Source: an uncultured Lachnoclostridium sp. (GTDB lineage Bacteria; Bacillota; Clostridia; Lachnospirales; Lachnospiraceae). From it: 64,000 bases of DNA. The stretch lies in contig CAJMFH010000001.1 in NCBI GenBank assembly GCA_905212635.1, positions 17,576 to 81,575 of the forward strand, read 5' to 3'. A program made the position numbers and the translations under genes. Below the pieces are notes generated by a model. It ran no database searches. It saw nothing but the letters and a program-made list of their open reading frames with translations, and was not told the DNA's origin. The stretch's first letter is position 1. Every line of letters starts with the position of its first letter. Of the stretch, positions 1-9,176 are shown piece after piece.

Positions 1-443
1 ATGGAGCAGTCCGATGTTAATTCGATATAGTCAAATATATTTGTCGCATTGTAACGTACTGCCAGTTTTTCAGCAATTTCTTTTTCCGGGAAGAAGACTT
101 CATCGGCTCCGATCTTTTTTAAAAAATCTGCCTGTCGTTTTCGCTTTGCTTTAGAAATGACACACCGCGCACCCTGTTCTTTTAATATGGAAGTGATTTC
201 CAGTGACGCATAAAAATCTTCACCGATCGCGACAAAACAGTAGTCAAAATTGTTGACACCGATGGATTTTAAAACCGCCGGATTGGTACAGTCGCCGGAC
301 AGGGCATCCGGGAAAACCGTTGATAATTCCTGGATTTTATCTTCGTCGCGGTCAATCACCATAACATCGTTTCCAAGTTCCTGCATACGGGCTGCCAGAC
401 ATTGTCCCAGCATTCCCATTCCAATAATAAGAATTGACTTCAT
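1..443 (-). CDS. TrkA/KtrA-family K+ uptake regulatory (RCK) subunit, runs off the window start
   Basis: Manual translation from ATG at 443 gives MKSILIIGMGMLGQCLAARMQELGNDVMVIDRD (GxGxxG Rossmann motif) and later IGADEVFFPE. AAGGAG RBS upstream. Lies directly downstream of the TrkH/KtrB gene. Confidence 0.9.
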   Translation of the reverse strand, partial: MKSILIIGMGMLGQCLAARMQELGNDVMVIDRDEDKIQELSTVFPDALSGDCTNPAVLKSIGVNNFDYCFVAIGEDFYASLEITSILKEQGARCVISKAKRKRQADFLKKIGADEVFFPEKEIAEKLAVRYNATNIFDYIELTSDCS

Positions 444-454
444 AATAATCTCCT

Positions 455-1798
455 TTATCCAATCAATATATTTTCTTTTGGTCTTCGAAGCGGCGGCTGC
501 TTGTTTTGCTTTCCGAGGATGAGCATCAATGTAAATCCGCCAATTCGTCCACCATACATTAAAATGATCAAAATAATATGTGACATGGCGCACAGATGCG
601 GGGTAATCCCTGTTGTTACGCCAACGGTGCAGACAGCCGAAATGACTTCAAAAAGCACATTAGACATTGGCAGTCCTTCAATGTGGCAGATAAGCATAGT
701 TCCTGCCAGAATGTAAACAGCATACACCAAAATGATAACGGCCGCCTGTTTGATCAAAATTGTGCTCACCCGTCGTTTGCCGATTACGGTGTCCGATTGT
801 CCACGAAGCATCGAAACCATCGAGAGAAACACAAGCGTGATCGTCGTGATCTTCATTCCACCGGCAGTCGAACCGGGACTTCCGCCGATCATCATCAAAA
901 CGTCAGATAGAAGGGAGGCAGAAGGCGACATGCTGGCATAATCAATCGTATTAAAACCGGCCGTACGCATTGTCGTCGAGGCGAAAAACGATTTTAGGAT
1001 CTGTTCGCCGATGCCATTTCCCTGAAGGGTATAATTCTGCTCAAATACAAAATAGCCGAAGGCTCCGCCAACTAATAAAACCGGTGTTGTCACAAGAACG
1101 ATCTTTGAATGAAGGGAATAATTCTTAAAAGACAGGCGGTATTTCAAAATATCATCCCATACTAAAAATCCGATCCCTCCGATGATAATCAAAAGCATCA
1201 CCGTGATATTTACGAGGACATCGGAAGCATACCCCGTCAATGAAGAGAAGGCTTCGTATCGTCCCATCAGATCAAAACCGGCATTGCAAAAAGCAGATAC
1301 TGCGTGAAATACGGCATAGTATAATCCCTGACCAAATCCCATGCGTGGGATAAAACGGAGTGCAAGCAGAAGAGCGCCACATCCCTCGATCAAAAACGTA
1401 CCGGATACAATACGCCGAACCAGTTTTACCATACCGCTCAACTGTGTATTTCCGGCAGCCTGCATCAAAAGCATGCGCTCATGAAGCGACAATTTTCGTT
1501 TCATAAATATGAAAAACATGGAGATAAAGGACATGAGTCCGATGCCTCCGATCTGAATCAGGATGAGAATGACAATCTGCCCGAACAAGGACCATTTGGT
1601 AAACGTATCTGCAACAATAAGTCCCGTTACACAGGTAGCACTTGTTGCTGTGAAAAGAGCATCCAGTGGGGACGTAAAATTACCATCCCGCGCGGAGACC
1701 GGCAGACACAATAAAAAGGTACCGGTAAGTATCAAAATAACAAAACTCAGTGCGATCAACCGGGAAGGACCAAGTTTCCGTGACCATTTTCCTAACAT
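455..1798 (-). CDS. TrkH/KtrB-family K+ transporter membrane subunit
   Basis: Four pore-loop motifs (SATCVTGL, SAFCNAGF, RTAGF, SAVCTVG), GGSPGSTAGGMK, many TM helices. Confidence 0.95.
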   Translation of the reverse strand: MLGKWSRKLGPSRLIALSFVILILTGTFLLCLPVSARDGNFTSPLDALFTATSATCVTGLIVADTFTKWSLFGQIVILILIQIGGIGLMSFISMFFIFMKRKLSLHERMLLMQAAGNTQLSGMVKLVRRIVSGTFLIEGCGALLLALRFIPRMGFGQGLYYAVFHAVSAFCNAGFDLMGRYEAFSSLTGYASDVLVNITVMLLIIIGGIGFLVWDDILKYRLSFKNYSLHSKIVLVTTPVLLVGGAFGYFVFEQNYTLQGNGIGEQILKSFFASTTMRTAGFNTIDYASMSPSASLLSDVLMMIGGSPGSTAGGMKITTITLVFLSMVSMLRGQSDTVIGKRRVSTILIKQAAVIILVYAVYILAGTMLICHIEGLPMSNVLFEVISAVCTVGVTTGITPHLCAMSHIILIILMYGGRIGGFTLMLILGKQNKQPPLRRPKENILIG

Positions 1799-1936
1799 AA
1801 AAAACTTCCTTTATTGTTGATATTTTGTAAATCTTGTAGTACGCTTTCTATTATACAAAATATTTTAAAAAATACAATTATATTTTGAAAAAAACTTTAC
1901 AAAAAAGTTAAATTGTGTTAAACTGATTCCGTTAGA

Positions 1937-1986
1937 CAACCAATACTCAGAGCGTGGAACACTCCAACCCGTTCTTGGTACTTGGC
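1937..1986 (+). ncRNA. Putative ribosomal protein S15 autoregulatory leader
   Basis: CCAA-TAC-CAGAGCG pairs with CGTTCT-GGTA-TTGG and encloses a TGGA/TCCA hairpin, directly upstream of the rpsO RBS. Confidence 0.6.
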
Positions 1987-2017
1987 TTTTAAAAAATTTT
2001 ATGGAGGTACATCAATT

Positions 2018-2284
2018 ATGATGACAACAGAAAGAAAAGCAGAAATCATTAAAGAGTATGGAAGAACACCAAACGACACAGGATCACCTGAGGTTCAGGT
2101 TGCCCTTCTTACAGAGAGAATCAATGTTTTGACAGAGCATTTGAAAGAGAACAAAAAAGATCATCATTCCCGCCGCGGTCTTTTGAAGATGGTTGGTAAG
2201 AGACGTGGTCTTCTTGACTATCTCAAAAAGAATGACCTGGAAGGCTATCGTGCTTTGATCGCAAAACTTGGAATTCGTAAATAA
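2018..2284 (+). CDS. rpsO: 30S ribosomal protein S15
   Basis: [13 protein letters not shown] and [15 protein letters not shown] motifs. GGAGG RBS before the ATG at 2018. Confidence 0.98.
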   Translation: MMTTERKAEIIKEYGRTPNDTGSPEVQVALLTERINVLTEHLKENKKDHHSRRGLLKMVGKRRGLLDYLKKNDLEGYRALIAKLGIRK

Positions 2285-2309
2285 TGATGGTGCTCGTTAT
2301 GAGCAGAGT

Positions 2310-2359
2310 AAAATGGTACTGCTGATATGCTTTTACCCGATATCAGTAGTATCATTTTT
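2310..2359 (+). terminator. 19-bp hairpin or terminator after rpsO
   Basis: AAAATGGTACTGCTGATAT / ATATCAGTAGTATCATTTT with two G-U pairs. Confidence 0.65.
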
Positions 2360-2379
2360 GACTATGTGGAGGATAAATT

Positions 2380-2844
2380 ATGAAGAGAGATCGAAGTCAG
2401 TCCATGGTAATCCGTGGCAACCGCATCTTATTGGTAGAGCATCAGCTGTTTGGAAGAGATTTCTTCAATCTGCCGGGCGGCGGAATCGAGGAAAATGAGA
2501 CGCCGGAGCAGGCAGCCCTTCGTGAATTAGAAGAAGAGTGCAGGGTCAAGGGAACTTTGGTAAGACCGTTGACGGTGGAATATAAACCGGATCTTGAGAG
2601 CCGTGTATTTACCTTTTTGGTGGAGATTCCGGAAGATGCTGTAGCAAAAACGGGAATTGATCCGGAACTTCCTGCAGACGAACAATCTATCATCGGAGTA
2701 AAATGGATGCGTCTGGATGAGATTGCAGAACGCGATCGTGCCTATCTTTTTGGCGCCGGGTTGATGCGTGTTCCGTATTTTCATGATGAGGTACTTATGT
2801 GGGATGGAGAAGACATCAGCTATCCGATCAAAAAAATGATATAA
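2380..2844 (+). CDS. NUDIX hydrolase
   Basis: Canonical Nudix box GGGIEENETPEQAALRELEEE. GGAGG RBS. Confidence 0.92.
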   Translation: MKRDRSQSMVIRGNRILLVEHQLFGRDFFNLPGGGIEENETPEQAALRELEEECRVKGTLVRPLTVEYKPDLESRVFTFLVEIPEDAVAKTGIDPELPADEQSIIGVKWMRLDEIAERDRAYLFGAGLMRVPYFHDEVLMWDGEDISYPIKKMI

Positions 2845-2852
2845 AAAGAGGT

Positions 2853-2880
2853 TTGATTTATATCAAAGATATGATATAAT
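2853..2880 (+). promoter_or_regulatory. Sigma-A-like promoter for pnp
   Basis: TTGATT (2853) then TG-A-TATAAT (-10 at 2875-2880). A second TGATATAAT lies at about 2930. Confidence 0.55.
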
Positions 2881-2957
2881 GAAGTGTGTTGATACACACG
2901 CAGGTCATCAAGCTTCGCTTGGTGACAAATGATATAATATAATGTATGTATTAAAAA

Positions 2958-3030
2958 GGGCATTATCCGAGACTTCTGAAAAGCCGATTTATCATAGGAT
3001 AAGTAGGTTTTTCAGTTGTTTCGGATGCTC
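2958..3030 (+). promoter_or_regulatory. Long imperfect stem-loop in the pnp 5' leader
   Basis: About 30 bp stem from GGGCAT..TTTATC to GATAAG..ATGCTC, loop ATAG. Confidence 0.65.
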
Positions 3031-3061
3031 TGTAAAAAGATAAATAAAGGAGACTATAAGT

Positions 3062-5152
3062 ATGTACAAGACATTTTCAATGGAACTTGGCGGACGTACT
3101 CTTTCCGTAGATATCGGACGAGTTGCCGCTCAGGCAAATGGTGCAGCTTTGATGCATTATGGAAACACCGTTGTGCTTTCCACAGCAACCGCATCAGAGA
3201 AACCAAGAGAGGGAATTGACTTCTTCCCACTTAGTGTAGAATATAGCGAAAAGATGTATTCTGTAGGAAAGATTCCGGGAGGATTTACTCGAAGAGAGGG
3301 AAAACCTTCGGACAATGCGATCCTTACAGACCGTGTTATCGACAGACCGATGCGTCCGTTGTTCCCAAAAGATTACCGTAACGATGTAACACTGGAAAAC
3401 CTCGTTATGTGTGTAGATCAGGATTGCAGTCCGGAACTTACCGCAATGCTTGGTTCCGCATTGGCAACCTGCATTTCCGATATTCCATTTGATGGACCAA
3501 CCGCAGCAACACAGATTGGTCTCGTAGATGGAGAACTTGTTGTAAACCCAACTTCTGCACAGAGACAGGTTTCTGACCTTGCTCTTACGGTAGCTTCGAC
3601 AAGAGAAAAAGTTATTATGATCGAAGCCGGTGCCAATGAAGTGCCGGAAGACAAAATGATCGAGGCAATTTATAAAGCACACGAAGTCAATGGACAGATT
3701 ATCGAATTCTTTGATAAGATCGTAGCAGAATGCGGAAAAGAAAAACACGAATATGAACATTTTGATATTCCGGAAGATATGTTTGAAGATATGGTGAACT
3801 TCATTACACCGGAAGCGATGGAAGAGGCTGTATTTACCGATGTAAAACAGGTTCGTGAAGAAAATATCCGTCAGATCAAAGACAAATTGGAAGAGCGCTA
3901 TGAAGAAGAGCATCCGGATTGGTTTGCTCTGATCGATGAAGCGGTATATAAATTCCAGAAAAAGACCGTTCGTAAGATGATCCTGAAAGATCACAAACGT
4001 CCGGATGGCCGTGAAGTAACACAAATCCGTCCATTGTCCGCGGAAGTTGATGTACTTCCTACCGTTCATGGATCCGGTTTGTTCCAGAGAGGACAGACAC
4101 AGGTTCTCAATGTTACGACACTGGCTCCTCTTTCGGAAAAACAGAAGATTGATGGTTTGGATGAAAATGTAACGTCTAAGAGATACATTCATCACTATAA
4201 TTTCCCATCCTATTCGGTTGGTGAAACCCGTCCAAGCAGAGGTCCGGGACGTCGTGAGATTGGACATGGAGCATTGGCAGAGCGTGCCCTGCTTCCGGTA
4301 ATTCCTTCCGAAGAGGAATTCCCATATACCATCCGTACGGTATCTGAGATCATGGAATCCAATGGTTCCACTTCTCAGGGAAGTATCTGTGCTTCCACAT
4401 TGTCTCTGATGGCTGCCGGTGTACCGATCAAAGCACCTGTTGCCGGTATTTCGGTAGGACTTGTTACCGGAGAGACGGATGACGATTATCTGATCCTTAC
4501 CGATATTCAGGGATTGGAAGACTTTTTCGGTGATATGGACTTTAAAGTTGCCGGAACACATAAAGGTATCACAGCCATTCAGATGGATATTAAGATCCAC
4601 GGTCTGACTCGTGAGATCGTAGAAGGTGCGATCCGCCGTACAAAAGAAGCTAGAACGTATATTCTTGACGAGGTTATGAGCAAAGCAATCGCTGAGCCTA
4701 GAAAAGAAGTAAATGAATATGCTCCGAAGATCAAACAGATCATGATCGATCCTGCGAAGATCGGAGAAGTAGTCGGACAGCGTGGTAAGACGATCAATAC
4801 ATTGATCGAGCGTACCGGCGTGAAGATTGATATTACCGATGACGGTGCCGTTTCCGTATGCGGTACGGACAAAGCGATGATGGATGAAGCCATCCGCCTG
4901 ATCCAGATTATCGTATCTGACTTTGAAAAAGGACAGATTTTGGAAGGAACTGTTGTAAGCATCAAAGATTTCGGTGCATTCATCGAGTTTGCTCCGGGAA
5001 AAGAAGGAATGGTTCATATTTCCAATATCTGTCAGAGAAGAATCAATCATGTAGAAGACGAACTTACTTTGGGTGACAAAGTGAAAGTCGTATGTCTTGG
5101 AAAAGACAAGATGGGGCGAATTTCTTTCAGCATGAAAGATGTGAAACAATAA
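3062..5152 (+). CDS. pnp: Polyribonucleotide nucleotidyltransferase (PNPase)
   Basis: DFFPLSVEY, RREIGHGALA, GDMDFKVAG motifs. KH and S1 domains at the C-terminus. Confidence 0.98.
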   Translation: MYKTFSMELGGRTLSVDIGRVAAQANGAALMHYGNTVVLSTATASEKPREGIDFFPLSVEYSEKMYSVGKIPGGFTRREGKPSDNAILTDRVIDRPMRPLFPKDYRNDVTLENLVMCVDQDCSPELTAMLGSALATCISDIPFDGPTAATQIGLVDGELVVNPTSAQRQVSDLALTVASTREKVIMIEAGANEVPEDKMIEAIYKAHEVNGQIIEFFDKIVAECGKEKHEYEHFDIPEDMFEDMVNFITPEAMEEAVFTDVKQVREENIRQIKDKLEERYEEEHPDWFALIDEAVYKFQKKTVRKMILKDHKRPDGREVTQIRPLSAEVDVLPTVHGSGLFQRGQTQVLNVTTLAPLSEKQKIDGLDENVTSKRYIHHYNFPSYSVGETRPSRGPGRREIGHGALAERALLPVIPSEEEFPYTIRTVSEIMESNGSTSQGSICASTLSLMAAGVPIKAPVAGISVGLVTGETDDDYLILTDIQGLEDFFGDMDFKVAGTHKGITAIQMDIKIHGLTREIVEGAIRRTKEARTYILDEVMSKAIAEPRKEVNEYAPKIKQIMIDPAKIGEVVGQRGKTINTLIERTGVKIDITDDGAVSVCGTDKAMMDEAIRLIQIIVSDFEKGQILEGTVVSIKDFGAFIEFAPGKEGMVHISNICQRRINHVEDELTLGDKVKVVCLGKDKMGRISFSMKDVKQ

Positions 5153-5172
5153 ATCTTGGAGATGAGAACAGA

Positions 5173-5982
5173 GTGAAGATTGCACTTACCAATATGGACA
5201 TTGTCTGGGAAGATAAGTCTGTAAATCGGGATAAGTGTTTGGAATTGATAAAGCGAGCTTCGGAATGCGGAGCTCGCCTTATCCTTTTTCCGGAGATGAC
5301 ACTGACCGGATTTACGATGAATCCGCAAAAATACGGCGAGACAGCAGGCGAAGGTTCCGAGACAGTCAGATTTTTTGAACAACTGTCAGAACAATATGCC
5401 ATTGCAATCGGCTTTGGCTATATCGAAAAAGGGGAAAAAGCCGGTCTTGCGAAAAATCATATGGCTGTCGCAGATACCGGAAAGCTTCTTGGAGATTACG
5501 TAAAAATTCATCCGTTTTCCTATGGAGAAGAAAATGAGCATTATTGCGGAGGTGACCGACTGGTTACAGTATCGATCGATGGAGTGACATTCGGGTTATC
5601 CATCTGTTATGATCTGCGCTTTCCAGAGCTTTATCAGGCGATGCGAAACTGTGATGCGATTGCCGTGATCGCAAACTGGCCGAAAGGGCGAGTCGCACAT
5701 TGGAACACGCTGCTTCCGGCAAGAGCCGTTGAGACGCAGTCGTATGTGTTAGGTGTCAACCGGATGGGAAAAGCTGTGTCATTGGATTATGAGGCTTCCA
5801 GTGCTGCGTACGATTATGATGGCAAAAGGCTTATTGTCTCCTGCAAAGCGACCTCTTATGGGGATGAATGTCTTATGATAGAGATAGAACCTGACCACGT
5901 CCGATGTTGGAAAAAAGAATTTCCGGCAGCTAACGATCGAAAACCTGCCTTATATACGTCCTTTCTCCAAAAAGACGTATAG
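5173..5982 (+). CDS. Carbon-nitrogen hydrolase (nitrilase/omega-amidase family)
   Basis: Catalytic E-K-C triad in LFPE, KIHPF and ICYDLRFPE. Probable GTG start at 5173. Confidence 0.9.
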   Translation: MKIALTNMDIVWEDKSVNRDKCLELIKRASECGARLILFPEMTLTGFTMNPQKYGETAGEGSETVRFFEQLSEQYAIAIGFGYIEKGEKAGLAKNHMAVADTGKLLGDYVKIHPFSYGEENEHYCGGDRLVTVSIDGVTFGLSICYDLRFPELYQAMRNCDAIAVIANWPKGRVAHWNTLLPARAVETQSYVLGVNRMGKAVSLDYEASSAAYDYDGKRLIVSCKATSYGDECLMIEIEPDHVRCWKKEFPAANDRKPALYTSFLQKDV

Positions 5983-6006
5983 GATCTGCGAAAAACTGTC
6001 ATACTA
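5977..6006 (+). promoter_or_regulatory. Sigma-G-like (forespore) promoter for tepA
   Basis: GTATA-N18-CATACTA matches the sigma-G consensus GHATR-N18-CATHHTA. Confidence 0.6.
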
Positions 6007-6029
6007 TTTCTTAACAGGAGGTATGACAT

Positions 6030-6656
6030 ATGAATACAGAGCAGATTAAAGAATTTGGAGAATGCCGTATCGGAGGCATTGAAATCATTACGATCATTGG
6101 CGAGATTGAAGGACATGAGGGCAGTTCCGGAACTGCCAAAACGACAAAATATGAACATTTGCTGCCGATGTTGGCAGCTTATGATGAAAATAGTGAGATT
6201 CAAGGGATATTATTTATTCTTAATACGATCGGCGGTGACGTTTCCTGTGGACTGGCACTTGCCGAGATGATCAGCGGATTAAAAACTCCAACGGCGTCTT
6301 TTATCATAGGAGACAGTCATTCGATCGGAGTTCCCCTTGCGGTAGCGACAGATTTTTCCTGTATCGTACCGAGTGCGACGATGATCCTTCATCCGGTAAG
6401 GATGAGCGGCATGATCCTTGGGGCACCGCAAAGCTATGATCAATTTGAAAAAATTCAAGCGAGAATCGTAGATTTTATCGTCCGAAAACGGGGGCTTACG
6501 AAAAAGCATGTGGAGGAATTAATGATGAACACTTCCATGTTTGCAAAAGATCTGGGAACGCTCCTTGTAGGCGGACAAGCTGTGGAAGAGGGGCTTGTAG
6601 ACAAAGTCGGAACCCTTTCCGATGTAATGGACTACTTGAAACAATGTCCGCAATAA
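6030..6656 (+). CDS. tepA: ClpP-family protease, TepA type
   Basis: IIGEIEGH, TKYEH, NTIGGDV, SHSIGVP, HPVR motifs. Lies upstream of ftsK/spoIIIE, as in Bacillus. Confidence 0.85.
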   Translation: MNTEQIKEFGECRIGGIEIITIIGEIEGHEGSSGTAKTTKYEHLLPMLAAYDENSEIQGILFILNTIGGDVSCGLALAEMISGLKTPTASFIIGDSHSIGVPLAVATDFSCIVPSATMILHPVRMSGMILGAPQSYDQFEKIQARIVDFIVRKRGLTKKHVEELMMNTSMFAKDLGTLLVGGQAVEEGLVDKVGTLSDVMDYLKQCPQ

Positions 6657-6686
6657 TCCAGAAAACAAAGAGAGGTTTGAAAGAGT

Positions 6687-9173
6687 ATGGCGTCAAAGAC
6701 AAAAAATTCAAAAACAAAAAAGAAAAGACAAAATTCAAAACAAACAAGTTCTCCATTAGCAAAAGAAATCACTTTGCTTGCGATCATTATATTCTCTTTA
6801 CTGGCACTGCTTAGTTTATTTGGAATGTGCGGTCCGGTAGGAAACCTGATCGGAAGTCTTTTGTTCGGGTTATTTGGAGCCACTGCTTATATCTTTCCAC
6901 TGGCATTTCCAATCGGAAGCGGTTTCTTTATCTCCAATCCCGAAAAACCGGAAGTGCGGCGCAAGATTATTTATCTTGCCCTCCTTTACATATGTTTATG
7001 TGCGATCTTTCAGTGGGTGATCGATCCCGATATCTCAAACCTGATCGACATTTTTAAAGAATCCAGTTCCGAGCATATCGGCGGTGGATTTATCGGCGGA
7101 CTTCTTTCCACATTATTGGGAACGTTGCTGGGAAGAGCCGGGGCGATCATTATCATTTTAGGACTGACCCTTCTTTTTGTTATGCTGACGACGAGAAAAC
7201 TTATTTTTTCAGCAATCCGCGAATTGTATGTGGAACATAAAGAAGACCAGGAAGAATATATCGAATATGAAGAACCGGATATCCGTTATCAGGAAGACCA
7301 TGAGCGTACCATGCAGACCCATACTTTTGCAGACAGAAAACGTCGTAAGAAAGCAGATAAGGGAAAAATGAAAGAACTTTCCGAGCCGCAAAAAACGACA
7401 GAAAAATCTTCTAAGGAGATGCCGGTAAAAGACGAAAAATCTGCCAAAGAGGACATTCCGGAAATCTCAATTATTCGAGAGGGACAGCAGGAGCCTACCG
7501 TTTACAAAGAAGAACTAGAGACAAAATTTGGAAAATCAAAAACGGAAAACCCGGAAAAAACAGAGCGAAAAGAATCCTCTGCTGTGAAAAAAGAACTTCC
7601 AAAACCGGAAAAACAGGAAACCATTCCGGCAGATCCAAAAAAAGCGGAAGTGGAATCGAATCCCAAGCTGCCGTCAGCACCTTCGCAGGATTCCGAATAT
7701 AAATTTCCATCGCTTGATCTGCTTTCCAAGCCAAAGAAGGGAAGCAATGGACAAAGCGACCGGGATTTGCTGCAAACAGCGAAAAAACTTCAGGATACCC
7801 TTGACAGTTTTGGGGTTAAAGTAAAAATGGGAGATGTCAGCTGTGGCCCTAGTGTTACCCGGTATGAACTGGTTCCTGAGCAGGGGGTTAAAGTAAACAG
7901 TATTACCCGTCTGGCAGACGATATCAAACTCAGTCTGGCGGCCTCCGATATTCGAATCGAAGCACCGATTCCAGGAAAAGCAGCAGTCGGAATTGAAGTT
8001 CCAAATGCCAAGAGAAATACCGTCACTTTGCGGGAACTTCTCGAGAGTCCGGAATTTATCAAGGCAAAATCGAATGTAACATTCGCTGTCGGAAAAGATA
8101 TCGGCGGAAAGACGATTGTGACTGATATTGCAAAAATGCCGCATATGCTCATTGCCGGCGCAACTGGTTCCGGTAAATCGGTATGTATCAATACGTTGAT
8201 TATGAGCATCTTATATAAAGCCAATCCGAATGATGTTAAATTTATCATGGTTGACCCGAAAATGGTAGAATTGACGGCGTATGCCGATATCCCACATATG
8301 CTGATCCCTGTTGTGACGGATCCGAAAAAAGCATCTGCCGCATTAAACTGGGCGGTTCAGGAAATGACGGTTCGTTATGAAAAATTTGCTGCTCTTGGAG
8401 TACGTGATATCAAGAGTTACAACAAAAAAATCGCCGGTCTGAAACACAACGATGACAATACGTACGAAAAGATGTGCCAGATTGTCATTGTGGTGGATGA
8501 GTTTGCCGATCTGATGATGGTAGCTTCTAACGAGGTAGAGGATGCGGTATGCCGTCTTGCACAGCTTGCCCGTGCTGCAGGAATCCATCTGGTGCTTGCC
8601 ACGCAGCGTCCATCCGTCAACGTCATCACCGGACTGATCAAGGCAAATATCCCGTCTCGAATCGCCCTTTCCGTGTCCTCCGCGATCGATTCGAGAACGA
8701 TCATCGATGGTTCCGGAGCGGAAAAACTTCTGGGAAATGGTGATATGTTATTTGCTCCACAGGATTATCCAAAACCGGTTCGTGTACAGGGCGCGTTTGT
8801 CTCGGACGAAGAACGTGATAAGGTGGTTGCTTTCCTGAAAGAACATATGAATGGCCCGGCTTACAATGAGGAAATCAGCAAACATATTGAAGAAAATCCG
8901 GTTGGTACAAAATCTGCCGGAGCCTCCGGTGCTGTCGTAAGCGGTCCGGAACGCGATGAATTATTTGTCGAAGCTGCCAGATTCATTATCGAAAAAGACA
9001 AAGCTTCTATCGGTATGTTACAGCGTGTGTTCCGTATTGGATTTAACCGTGCCGCAAGAATTATGGATCAGCTTTCCGATGCCGGTGTTGTTGGACCGGA
9101 AGAAGGCACCAAACCACGCGTGATTCTGATGTCGATGGAACAATTTGAAAATTATCTTGAGGAAGAAGGCTAA
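6687..9173 (+). CDS. ftsK: DNA translocase FtsK/SpoIIIE
   Basis: N-terminal TM domain, linker, Walker A GATGSGKS, LATQRPS, gamma domain LQRVFRIGFNRAARI. Confidence 0.96.
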   Translation: MASKTKNSKTKKKRQNSKQTSSPLAKEITLLAIIIFSLLALLSLFGMCGPVGNLIGSLLFGLFGATAYIFPLAFPIGSGFFISNPEKPEVRRKIIYLALLYICLCAIFQWVIDPDISNLIDIFKESSSEHIGGGFIGGLLSTLLGTLLGRAGAIIIILGLTLLFVMLTTRKLIFSAIRELYVEHKEDQEEYIEYEEPDIRYQEDHERTMQTHTFADRKRRKKADKGKMKELSEPQKTTEKSSKEMPVKDEKSAKEDIPEISIIREGQQEPTVYKEELETKFGKSKTENPEKTERKESSAVKKELPKPEKQETIPADPKKAEVESNPKLPSAPSQDSEYKFPSLDLLSKPKKGSNGQSDRDLLQTAKKLQDTLDSFGVKVKMGDVSCGPSVTRYELVPEQGVKVNSITRLADDIKLSLAASDIRIEAPIPGKAAVGIEVPNAKRNTVTLRELLESPEFIKAKSNVTFAVGKDIGGKTIVTDIAKMPHMLIAGATGSGKSVCINTLIMSILYKANPNDVKFIMVDPKMVELTAYADIPHMLIPVVTDPKKASAALNWAVQEMTVRYEKFAALGVRDIKSYNKKIAGLKHNDDNTYEKMCQIVIVVDEFADLMMVASNEVEDAVCRLAQLARAAGIHLVLATQRPSVNVITGLIKANIPSRIALSVSSAIDSRTIIDGSGAEKLLGNGDMLFAPQDYPKPVRVQGAFVSDEERDKVVAFLKEHMNGPAYNEEISKHIEENPVGTKSAGASGAVVSGPERDELFVEAARFIIEKDKASIGMLQRVFRIGFNRAARIMDQLSDAGVVGPEEGTKPRVILMSMEQFENYLEEEG

Positions 9174-9176
9174 AAC

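Noticed and set aside
1799..1860. c-di-AMP riboswitch upstream of the K+ transporter
   Set aside because: The predicted leader is about 45 nt of AT-rich sequence, too short.
3194..5185. 663-aa antisense ORF
   Set aside because: It shadows pnp on the opposite strand and has no RBS or recognisable motifs. The same applies to the many short antisense ORFs in the track.
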